DNA from: an uncultured Bacteroidota bacterium
Lineage (GTDB): Bacteria > Bacteroidota > Bacteroidia > Flavobacteriales > Flavobacteriaceae
NCBI GenBank assembly: GCA_903879875.1
Contig: CAIRNC010000133.1
Location: 1-32,986 of the forward strand
Reading direction: 5' to 3'
DNA: 32,986 nucleotides
In this document: piece by piece, positions 9,357 to 16,936 of the stretch
Layout of the letters: each line of letters begins with the position of its first letter
Numbering within the stretch: the stretch's first letter is position 1
Made by a program: the position numbers and the translations under genes
Notes under the pieces: generated by a model
Databases searched by the model: none
Told to the model about the DNA's origin: nothing
The model's input: only the letters and a program-made list of their open reading frames with translations

Positions 9357-10502
9357 ATGAAATTCAATACCAAAGTAATTCACGGTGGACAGCATCATGA
9401 TCCCAGCACAGGAGCGGTAATGCCTCCCGTATATCAAACATCCACTTTCGTTCAAACCAGCCCAGGGCAACCCATAAACCCAGATTTCGAATACAGTAGA
9501 GCTGCAAATCCAACGCGTACGGCCTTAGAAAATGCGCTAGCAAGTATCGAAAACGGAACACGAGGATTGGCTTTTTCGTCAGGCTTGGCAGCTACTGATT
9601 GTTTGTTGCGCTCGTTCAAAGCAGGAGACGAAATCATTGCTATGGACGATTTATATGGTGGAACGTATCGAATGTTTACTAGAATATACGCCAATTCAGG
9701 CATAAAATTCCACTTTGTAGACATGAACGATTTGGATAAATTCCAAGCCTTATTGAACGAAAACACAAAATTGGTTTGGGTAGAAACACCTACAAATCCA
9801 TTAATGAAACTTGCCGATATTGAAGCCATTGCTAAAATTACCAAAGCAAGAAACATCCTTTTTGCAGTGGACAATACCTTTGCAACGCCTTATCTTCAAA
9901 AACCTTTGGATTTAGGTGCTGATATTGTCATGCACTCAGCAACCAAATATTTAGGTGGACATTCTGATGTTATAGCGGGTGCATTGATTGTAAACGATAC
10001 CGCATTAGGCGATCAATTACACTTTCAACAATTTGCAACGGGTGCTACGCTAGGGCCAATGGATAGTTTTTTGGTTTTAAGAGGCATCAAAACATTGCAT
10101 TTGCGTGTGCAAAGACATTGCGAAAATGGGGCAAAAGTAGTCGAATTTTTAAGCAATCATCCCAAAATAAAAACAGTTTATTATCCAGGATTAGCGAGTC
10201 ATCCGCATCATGAAATAGCTAAAAAACAGATGAAAGGTTTTGGTGGAATGGTCTCTTTTACTTTTGCATCAAGTAAAAAAGAAGATGCGATTTCGTTTTT
10301 AGAAAAGCTAAGCGTTTTCACTTTAGCAGAATCTTTAGGCGGTGTAGAATCATTGGCCAATCATCCAGCTTTAATGACACACGCTTCCATCCCAGAAGAC
10401 AAAAGAAAGGCAATTGGCATATCAGACGATTTAGTTCGATTGAGTGTTGGTGTAGAAGATGCCGATGATTTAATCGAAGACTTAAAACAAGCGTTGGAAT
10501 AA
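9357..10502 (+). CDS. metB: Cystathionine gamma-synthase/gamma-lyase (Cys/Met metabolism PLP enzyme)
   Basis: YSRAANPT, FSSGLAA, LYGGT, ETPTNP, DNTFATP, HSATKYLGGHSD (PLP Lys), AESLGGVESL, RLSVGVE. Synthase versus lyase activity cannot be resolved from sequence. Confidence 0.85.
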   Translation: MKFNTKVIHGGQHHDPSTGAVMPPVYQTSTFVQTSPGQPINPDFEYSRAANPTRTALENALASIENGTRGLAFSSGLAATDCLLRSFKAGDEIIAMDDLYGGTYRMFTRIYANSGIKFHFVDMNDLDKFQALLNENTKLVWVETPTNPLMKLADIEAIAKITKARNILFAVDNTFATPYLQKPLDLGADIVMHSATKYLGGHSDVIAGALIVNDTALGDQLHFQQFATGATLGPMDSFLVLRGIKTLHLRVQRHCENGAKVVEFLSNHPKIKTVYYPGLASHPHHEIAKKQMKGFGGMVSFTFASSKKEDAISFLEKLSVFTLAESLGGVESLANHPALMTHASIPEDKRKAIGISDDLVRLSVGVEDADDLIEDLKQALE

Positions 10503-10520
10503 TAATCCAAGTAGAACTAT

Positions 10521-10559
10521 AAAACCGCAATCTATTTTCTAATACTTTGCGGTTTTTTT
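10521..10559. terminator. Bidirectional terminator between convergent genes
   Basis: AAAACCGCAA...TTGCGGTTTT inverted repeat with A and T tails. Confidence 0.7.
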
Positions 10560-11340
10560 ATTGATCCAAATAATAAATATAACCCACATTCAACCATACC
10601 AACCAGTCGTTGGCTTTGTTTTCAGTATAAATAGTAGGATCGGGTCTTAGTCCATCCACCCAATCCGAAAAGTAGTATTGCATTTTTACTTCAAAAATCA
10701 AATCCGACAACGGATCTAATTTATAACGCGTACCCACACTTCCAACAATTGACATAACGCTACCCGAACTGTTAGCGGTAGCTCCAATATATTTTGGCAA
10801 AGTAGTAATAGAATTATCTAAAGGGCCTAGCAATGAATAAGCTTTTGGGTTATAAAAACTACAATGTGCCCCAACACTAAAATAAGGATTGTAGCTTCCA
10901 GTTGTATTTTCAAAATAATGAACGTTGGTTAAATAATATTCCAACTGCAACCCCACATTAATAATCTCCGTTTCACCTCGCATAGCTCTTAGTTGTTGTA
11001 CTCCTAGTGAATTACTGCTGTTATCAACCCATCGGCCGTAATGCTGAAATTTAGATTTTGTATAGGATATTTCAGTTCTTAATTTAAAATGTTCATCAAA
11101 ATAAGTTTCTGGTTTATAATGATTATAGCCAATATAAGAAAGATTGACGTAATGAATAAACCCAATTCCAAAACCAGTATTGCCCATATAAGCACCTAAT
11201 TCGCTACGTTCGCCATAGTCGGATTGAAAAGATACGGGACCAGCTATAACACCGATTTCACTAGAAAAACCACGTTGTGCAATGAGGCAGTTGGCAAAAC
11301 CAAATATAAAAAACACGGAAAGGAGTAGTTGTTTGCGCAT
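10558..11340 (-). CDS. Outer-membrane beta-barrel protein (resembles Flavobacterium THC0290_0291 / DUF6089-type family)
   Basis: Signal peptide from MRKQLLL (ATG 11340); alternating beta-strand pattern; SDWVDG and NDWLVWLNVGYIYYL C-terminus. Family name recalled, not searched. Confidence 0.65.
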   Translation of the reverse strand: MRKQLLLSVFFIFGFANCLIAQRGFSSEIGVIAGPVSFQSDYGERSELGAYMGNTGFGIGFIHYVNLSYIGYNHYKPETYFDEHFKLRTEISYTKSKFQHYGRWVDNSSNSLGVQQLRAMRGETEIINVGLQLEYYLTNVHYFENTTGSYNPYFSVGAHCSFYNPKAYSLLGPLDNSITTLPKYIGATANSSGSVMSIVGSVGTRYKLDPLSDLIFEVKMQYYFSDWVDGLRPDPTIYTENKANDWLVWLNVGYIYYLDQ

Positions 11341-11365
11341 TACTTGTTGTGATTTCAAATCGTTA

Positions 11366-11373
11366 CAAATGTA
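11366..11373 (-). promoter_or_regulatory. -7 promoter element for the beta-barrel gene
   Basis: TACATTTG on the minus strand 25 nt upstream of ATG 11340. Confidence 0.6.
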
Positions 11374-11545
11374 TAAAATAGTGTTTATAAATTAAATAAA
11401 ATTAAAAAATTCTTATTTATATAAGAAAATAGTAATGATTTGGTTTAAACCCTTTAATTTATTCTTGGTTTTATTGAGATTATTTAATAAAAAGATAATT
11501 CTATTGAGAATTTTAAAAATATACGTCAGTATTTTAATAATTATG

Positions 11546-11553
11546 TATATTTG
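11546..11553 (+). promoter_or_regulatory. -7 promoter element for gdhA
   Basis: TATATTTG 47 nt upstream of the ATG. Confidence 0.6.
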
Positions 11554-11563
11554 TCCAATCAAC

Positions 11564-11575
11564 GAAAACGTTTTC
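11564..11575. promoter_or_regulatory. Putative LacI-family operator
   Basis: Perfect 12-bp palindrome GAAAACGTTTTC with central CG, just downstream of the predicted gdhA start site. Confidence 0.5.
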
Positions 11576-11600
11576 TTAAAACGTTATTAATCTAATAATC

Positions 11601-12944
11601 ATGTCACAAAGTATTCAATCTTTTGTAGAAGCAGTTGCAAAAAAAAATCCTAATGAGCCTGAATTCATGCAGGCTGTTCACGAAGTTGCTGAAACAGTAA
11701 TTCCGTTTATTGAAGAAAATAAAAAATACCAAAACAAAATGCTTTTGGAAAGAATGGTAGAATCAGATCGTATTATTATGTTCCGTGTAGTTTGGACCGA
11801 TGATGCTGGAAACACGCAAGTGAACAGAGGCTATCGTATTCAAATGAATTCAGCTATCGGACCATACAAAGGAGGAATTCGTTTTCATCCATCGGTTAAC
11901 TTAAGTATCTTAAAATTCTTAGCTTTCGAACAAACGTTCAAAAACAGCTTAACTACATTGCCAATGGGTGGTGGAAAAGGGGGTGCTGATTTTGACCCAA
12001 AAGGAAAATCAGATAATGAAGTAATGCGTTTTTGTCAAGCATTTATGACGGAATTGTCTAAACATATTGGTGCTGACACTGACGTTCCTGCTGGAGATAT
12101 CGGAGTAGGCGGAAGAGAAGTAGGGTATATGTTTGGTCAATACAAAAGATTAAGAAATGAATTTACAGGAGTTTTAACTGGAAAAGGAATTTCTTTTGGA
12201 GGATCATTAATTCGTCCTGAAGCTACTGGATATGGCGATGTGTATTTTGCACAAAGTATGCTTGCAACTAAAGGCGACAGTTTTACCGGAAAAACAGTAG
12301 TTGTTTCTGGTTCAGGAAACGTAGCGCAATATGCTGCTGAAAAAGCAACACAATTAGGTGGTAAAGTAGTTACTATGTCTGACTCATCAGGATATATCTA
12401 CGATGCTGACGGAATTACAGCTGAGAAATTGGCTTATGTAATGGAAATTAAAAACGAATTAAGAGGTAGAATTAGTGATTATTTGACTAAATATCCTAAC
12501 GCTAAATTCGTAGCAGGAAAACGTCCATGGGAAGTGAAATGTGATGTTGCATTACCATGTGCTACTCAAAACGAATTGAACGAAGATGAAGCTAAAGCGC
12601 TTGTTGCTAACGGATGTATCTGTGTAGCTGAAGGTGCTAATATGCCTTCAACTCCAGAAGCGGTAACGGTTTTCCAAAAAGCAAAAATCTTATTTGCTCC
12701 AGGTAAAGCATCAAATGCTGGTGGTGTTGCAACTTCAGGTTTAGAAATGTCTCAAAACTCTTTGCGTTTAAGCTGGTCTTCTGAAGAAGTAGACGAAAGA
12801 TTAAAAAACATCATGTTAGCAATTCACGCTTCATGTGTAAAATATGGTACAGATGCATCGGGTTATGTGGACTACGTAAAAGGAGCTAACATTGCTGGAT
12901 TCGTAAAAGTAGCTGATGCCATGCTAGCACAAGGAGTGGTATAA
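11601..12944 (+). CDS. gdhA: NADP-specific glutamate dehydrogenase
   Basis: GPYKGGIRFHP, MGGGKGG, DVPAGDIGVG, RPEATGYG, GSGNVA, EGANMP; strongly biased codon usage. Confidence 0.97.
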   Translation: MSQSIQSFVEAVAKKNPNEPEFMQAVHEVAETVIPFIEENKKYQNKMLLERMVESDRIIMFRVVWTDDAGNTQVNRGYRIQMNSAIGPYKGGIRFHPSVNLSILKFLAFEQTFKNSLTTLPMGGGKGGADFDPKGKSDNEVMRFCQAFMTELSKHIGADTDVPAGDIGVGGREVGYMFGQYKRLRNEFTGVLTGKGISFGGSLIRPEATGYGDVYFAQSMLATKGDSFTGKTVVVSGSGNVAQYAAEKATQLGGKVVTMSDSSGYIYDADGITAEKLAYVMEIKNELRGRISDYLTKYPNAKFVAGKRPWEVKCDVALPCATQNELNEDEAKALVANGCICVAEGANMPSTPEAVTVFQKAKILFAPGKASNAGGVATSGLEMSQNSLRLSWSSEEVDERLKNIMLAIHASCVKYGTDASGYVDYVKGANIAGFVKVADAMLAQGVV

Positions 12945-12966
12945 CCAACCATTTTTATAAACAACT

Positions 12967-13000
12967 AAAAATGCTTTCCATTTTGGAAGGCATTTTTTTT
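12967..13000 (+). terminator. Intrinsic terminator of gdhA
   Basis: AAAAATGCTTTCCA-TTT-TGGAAGGCATTTTTTTT hairpin plus U tract. Confidence 0.85.
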
Positions 13001-13039
13001 TGCTTTGTATATTAAAACCTAAATAATTTCGTTTTGTAT

Positions 13040-13047
13040 TATATTTG
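13040..13047 (+). promoter_or_regulatory. -7 promoter element for porZ
   Basis: TATATTTG 21 nt upstream of the ATG. Confidence 0.55.
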
Positions 13048-13068
13048 TGACTTCATAATAGCTTTTAA

Positions 13069-15345
13069 ATGAAATATTTTTTAACCCTTTCTCTTTTTTC
13101 GATTCAAATTGCTTTTGCACAAACCAACACGCTTTGGAAAGGCTATTTTTCCTACAACACGATTAAAGATGTTTCCCAATCCACAACAAAGCTATTTGCT
13201 GCTTCTGAAAATGCGGTCTTTTCTAAAAACACTACAACGGGATCTATAAAAACAACCAACACTATCGATGGCCTTTCAAGTCTTACGATTTCGTCTATTT
13301 ATCACAGTGCTAGTGTCAACAAAACCCTTATTGGTTATGAAAATGGATTGCTGATTGTCATCAACGAATCCGATGGGAGTATGCTAAAAGTAGTGGATAT
13401 TATCCAAAAGCAATTGCCCCCAAACGTGAAGAAAATCAATCATTTTACCGAGTTTGATGGAAAAGTTTATGTTTCTTGCGACTTTGGAATTGTGCAATTC
13501 AATCTCAGCACATTGCAATTTGGCGATACCTATTTTATAGGAACGGGCATTTCCGACATTGTTGTCAACCAAACCACTGTTTTTAATGGCTATCTGTATG
13601 CTGCTACCGCAACCCAAGGGATAAAAAAAGCGTTGCTTACCAATCCGAATCTTGTCGATGCCAACCAATGGATTGATGTTGTTGCTGGAAATTTCAACGG
13701 TATTACGTCTTTTGGCACCTATCTTTTTAGTAGTGCAACAACGGGACAAATCGCTAAGTCCACCGATGGGATTGCTTTTTCAAGTTTTGGCCCATTACTT
13801 TCTATTGCCGCAGTTGACATTCGTGCCAACGAAAAACATTTATTGATAACAACTCCAACAGCAGTTTACAGTTACAACCAACAATTAGCCCTCGAAACAC
13901 AAGTTAATAATTATCAAATTACGACGGAAACGGTTACTTTTTCATGTGCGACACTATTGGGTTCAACGCTGTACTTGGGCACAACTGCAAATGGCATCAT
14001 TACTACCAGTTCCAATACGACTAATTTTTCGTTCATCAGTCCAAGTGGTCCAATTCGGAATAATATTTTTGGTATTAATGCTTCTTCTTCTAATCTTTGG
14101 ATGGTCTATGGAGGCTACTCCCAGTATTACGACCCGAGTCCGTTGCAATATTATGGATTGAGCAAATACAACTCCAAAACGGGTTGGCTCACGATTCCGT
14201 TTAGCGAAGTAGATGGTGCAAGTAATCTGGTGCGGGTTACCGTGAATCCAAATAACGAAAATCAAATCTTTGTGAGTTCCTATTTTTCGGGTTTATTAAA
14301 GTTCGACAACAACGTGTTAACAACTCGATATATAAAAACCAATAGTGCACTAGAACCTGTTTTTGCAACCGACCCACCCGATGTTAATATTCGAATTGAA
14401 CAAAGCGCCTACGATAAAGCAGGCAATTTATGGATGACTGACGGATTGGTAACCAAAGCGTTAAAAGTGTTGAAAGCCAATGGTACTTGGCAATCCTATG
14501 ATGTGTCAACGGTTTTAACGGGCTATTCGCCTTTTGGAAGGATGGCAATAGACAAAAACGGCACCAAATGGATGTGCAACATGGGCAGTGGGCTAATCGC
14601 TTTTAACGAAACCTACAACAAACTCAAGAAAATCATGGACGATACCGATGGCAATCTTCCTTCGTCGGCGATACAAGTGGCGGCTGTTGACAATCGGAAT
14701 CAACTTTGGATTGGCACGCGTCAAGGCTTGCGTATCTTGTCGAGCGTTGATGCTGTTTTAGGTAACGATGTGCTGAAAACCTATCCGATAATTATTTTAG
14801 AAGAAGGCGTGGCGCAAGAGCTTTTATACCAACAAGTAATTACCGATATTGTGGTTGATGGCTCCAACAACAAGTGGATTTCAACTGCCGATGCAGGGGT
14901 GTTTTATGTTTCGTCGAACGGGCAGCAAACCATTTATCATTTCACCAGTTCCAATTCGCCTTTGCCGAGCAACAACGTGAACGATGTGGATATAGACCCC
15001 GCAACAGGCGAAGTGTTTTTTGCCACGGTCAACGGAATGGTTTCGTTTAAAGGGACTTCTGTAAAAGCGAGTGATAATTTAAACAACGTAGTGGTTTATC
15101 CAAATCCGGTGCGTCCCGAATTTGAAGGCACTGTAAAAATTACGGGATTATTAGATAAAGCCAATGTAAAAATCACAGACATTGAAGGCAATTTGGTTTT
15201 CGAAGTCATATCAGAAGGTGGGTCTATAGAATGGGATACCACTGCTTTTGGCAAATACAAAGTAGCTTCGGGCGTGTACATGATTTTTATTTCGGCACAA
15301 GACGGTATTGAAACCAAAGTTTCCAAAGTGATGATTATTCGATAA
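13069..15345 (+). CDS. porZ: T9SS component PorZ-like protein (beta-propellers plus type A CTD)
   Basis: Signal peptide; WKGYFSY; propeller repeats (DKAGNLW, DKNGTKW, DNRNQLWIGT, DGSNNKW); NSPLPSN; YPNPVRP...ASGVYMIF...KVMIIR CTD; directly upstream of recO. Confidence 0.78.
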   Translation: MKYFLTLSLFSIQIAFAQTNTLWKGYFSYNTIKDVSQSTTKLFAASENAVFSKNTTTGSIKTTNTIDGLSSLTISSIYHSASVNKTLIGYENGLLIVINESDGSMLKVVDIIQKQLPPNVKKINHFTEFDGKVYVSCDFGIVQFNLSTLQFGDTYFIGTGISDIVVNQTTVFNGYLYAATATQGIKKALLTNPNLVDANQWIDVVAGNFNGITSFGTYLFSSATTGQIAKSTDGIAFSSFGPLLSIAAVDIRANEKHLLITTPTAVYSYNQQLALETQVNNYQITTETVTFSCATLLGSTLYLGTTANGIITTSSNTTNFSFISPSGPIRNNIFGINASSSNLWMVYGGYSQYYDPSPLQYYGLSKYNSKTGWLTIPFSEVDGASNLVRVTVNPNNENQIFVSSYFSGLLKFDNNVLTTRYIKTNSALEPVFATDPPDVNIRIEQSAYDKAGNLWMTDGLVTKALKVLKANGTWQSYDVSTVLTGYSPFGRMAIDKNGTKWMCNMGSGLIAFNETYNKLKKIMDDTDGNLPSSAIQVAAVDNRNQLWIGTRQGLRILSSVDAVLGNDVLKTYPIIILEEGVAQELLYQQVITDIVVDGSNNKWISTADAGVFYVSSNGQQTIYHFTSSNSPLPSNNVNDVDIDPATGEVFFATVNGMVSFKGTSVKASDNLNNVVVYPNPVRPEFEGTVKITGLLDKANVKITDIEGNLVFEVISEGGSIEWDTTAFGKYKVASGVYMIFISAQDGIETKVSKVMIIR

Positions 15346-15353
15346 AGACGCAA

Positions 15354-15409
15354 TGATTGTTGATTGTAGATTGCTGATTTTTGATTTTTGATTTTTGATT
15401 GCAGATGTA
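15354..15409 (+). repeat. Heptamer tandem array (WGATTKY-like x8)
   Basis: TGATTGT TGATTGT AGATTGC TGATTTT TGATTTT TGATTTT TGATTGC AGATGTA. Confidence 0.9.
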
Positions 15410-15425
15410 GTGTTAGTATAAAATA

Positions 15426-15470
15426 ATAGCACACTGAGTTCACGGATTGAAACGAATCCAAACGGATTTT
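15426..15470 (+). repeat. 45-nt CACGGAT-family dispersed repeat, copy 1
   Basis: ATAGCACACTGAGTTCACGGATTGAAACGAATCCAAACGGATTTT; collinear with 16630-16674 and inverted relative to 15694-15738. Confidence 0.75.
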
Positions 15471-15538
15471 CTAATATAATGTTAGTTTGATGTGAAGAAT
15501 AAACTAACTGCTTTTATGTTTATGATTTTAATTTTATG

Positions 15539-15578
15539 CTTTGTGAAACTTTGTGGAATTTTGAGAAACTCTGTGAAA
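15539..15578 (+). repeat. Decamer tandem array x4
   Basis: CTTTGTGAAA CTTTGTGGAA TTTTGAGAAA CTCTGTGAAA. Confidence 0.85.
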
Positions 15579-15596
15579 TAATTTAAGCTTTACCAC

Positions 15597-15623
15597 ATCC
15601 GAGCTTTTGCGAATGGACGAAGT
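15597..15623 (-). repeat. 27-nt micro-element, copy A
   Basis: Minus strand ACTTCGTCCATTCGCAAAAGCTCGGAT, related to 15779-15808 and 18613-18639. Confidence 0.7.
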
Positions 15624-15693
15624 AAAATACACAAAGAAATAAGTTTAAAATAGTTGCTTTCAAATTACTTGTATCGAACCCAAATTAAATATT

Positions 15694-15738
15694 AATCAGT
15701 AATAATCCGTTCAATCAGCGTTATCCGTGTGCCATTTT
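15694..15738 (-). repeat. CACGGAT-family repeat, inverted copy
   Basis: Reverse complement AAAATGGCACACGGATAACGCTGATTGAACGGATTATTACTGATT resembles 15426-15470. Confidence 0.65.
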
Positions 15739-15765
15739 CAACAAGTTAAATCCCATACTCTCTTC

Positions 15766-15837
15766 TTAAATCTGAAATGCTTCGCCAGTTCGAGCAAAGC
15801 TCTCGGGTCAAAAATCGGCATTCAAAAATCTTAAATC
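15766..15837 (-). repeat. Heptamer array (complementary type to 15354-15409) interrupted by a 30-nt insert
   Basis: TTAAATC TGAAAT[insert]C AAAAATC GGCATTC AAAAATC TTAAATC. Confidence 0.75.
15779..15808 (+). repeat. 30-nt micro-element, copy B
   Basis: GCTTCGCCAGTTCGAGCAAAGCTCTCGGGT; with its flank, 20 nt (TGAAATGCTTCGCCAGTTCG) are identical to 18607-18626. Confidence 0.8.
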
Positions 15838-15847
15838 ATTAATAAAA

Positions 15848-16561
15848 GTGTTAGTCAAAACCAAAGCTATTGTCATTTCAACGCTCAAATACCAAGAGAA
15901 AAGCCTGATTGTAAAATGCTTTACCCTTTCGGATGGTTTAAAGTCTTATTTTGTGCGTGATGCTTTTTCCTCTCGAAAAGTCAGTCAAAAAATAGCCTAT
16001 TTTCAACCGCTGACACTATTAGAAATCGAAGCCGTTCACAAAAACAAAGGCACATTAGAATCGTTCAAAGAAATAAAAATTGCCACGCCCTATCATTCCA
16101 TCCCGACCAATATTATAAAAAGTACGTTGGTGTTGTTTCTTTCCGAAATACTGCACCACTCCATACAAGAAGAAGAAAAAAACGAAGCCCTATTTTTGTT
16201 TTTAGAAGCTGCCCTCTTGTGGCTCGACAACCATAACGAAATAGCCAATTTTCACCTCATCTTATTGTTAGAGTGCACCAAGTTTTTTGGTTTTTACCCC
16301 GATGTTTCCCAGAGTGATGCCGCTTTTTTTGAAATGACCGAAGGCGTTTTTTCGCCCTTTCAAGCCATCAGCACATTGACCGCCCACGAAACCAAGTTGC
16401 TCAAAAAACTATTGCATCTAAAATTTGACGACCAAGCCAAAACCTTTCATGTCGTGGAACGCCAATTGCTTTTAAAAATCATGATGGATTACTACAGTTT
16501 TCACCTCGATGGTTTTAGACGTCCCAAATCCTTGGACATTCTGAAAGAAGTTTTTTCCTAA
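15848..16561 (+). CDS. recO: DNA repair protein RecO
   Basis: KTKAIVI..KYQEKSLIVKCFT..GLKSY, FQPLTLLEI, GFYP, YYSFHL...KSLDILKEVF; GTG start. Confidence 0.92.
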   Translation: MLVKTKAIVISTLKYQEKSLIVKCFTLSDGLKSYFVRDAFSSRKVSQKIAYFQPLTLLEIEAVHKNKGTLESFKEIKIATPYHSIPTNIIKSTLVLFLSEILHHSIQEEEKNEALFLFLEAALLWLDNHNEIANFHLILLLECTKFFGFYPDVSQSDAAFFEMTEGVFSPFQAISTLTAHETKLLKKLLHLKFDDQAKTFHVVERQLLLKIMMDYYSFHLDGFRRPKSLDILKEVFS

Positions 16562-16573
16562 ACCGATTGATTG

Positions 16574-16633
16574 CAATGGCAATGGCAATGGCAATTTCAA
16601 TTTCAATTTCAATTTCAATGGGAATAGGAATAG
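16574..16633 (+). repeat. Hexamer tandem array x10
   Basis: CAATGG x3, CAATTT x4, CAATGG, GAATAG x2. Confidence 0.9.
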
Positions 16634-16674
16634 CCCACCGATAACACGGATTTCAATCGATATGCACGGATTTT
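16630..16674 (+). repeat. 45-nt CACGGAT-family dispersed repeat, copy 2
   Basis: ATAGCCCACCGATAACACGGATTTCAATCGATATGCACGGATTTT, ungapped match to 15426-15470. Confidence 0.75.
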
Positions 16675-16718
16675 ATTTTAAACAATAGACGATTTGTTAC
16701 TATTGTCAAAGTGTTTCG

Positions 16719-16750
16719 TTTGTCATGCTGACGAAGGAAGTATCACATAA
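16719..16750 (+). repeat. REP-like element, left copy
   Basis: TTTGTCATGCTGACGAAGGAAGTATCACATAA; inverted partner at 18604-18662. Confidence 0.7.
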
Positions 16751-16896
16751 CGAGAGCAATTAATGGGTGAAAATCCTCAAATCTGTGGCAAGTTTTTCTT
16801 TTGGTATTTGTAAAGACAGTCATTTTTATATTATACCCATTTTAATACCCAGAAAAATTTATTTTAAACTTTTGAAAATCATATCCTTTAAATTCT

Positions 16897-16904
16897 TAAG
16901 TTTG
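16897..16904 (+). promoter_or_regulatory. -7 promoter element (with -33 TTTG at 16871-16874)
   Basis: TAAGTTTG 32 nt upstream of ATG 16937. Confidence 0.6.
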
Positions 16905-16936
16905 ACAATCAATCTAATACTATAACAACCAACCCC

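Noticed and set aside
15096-15461. Minus-strand ORFs 15096-15461 and 15211-15432
   Set aside because: Antisense to porZ; KIKNQKS-type peptides are translations of the heptamer array.
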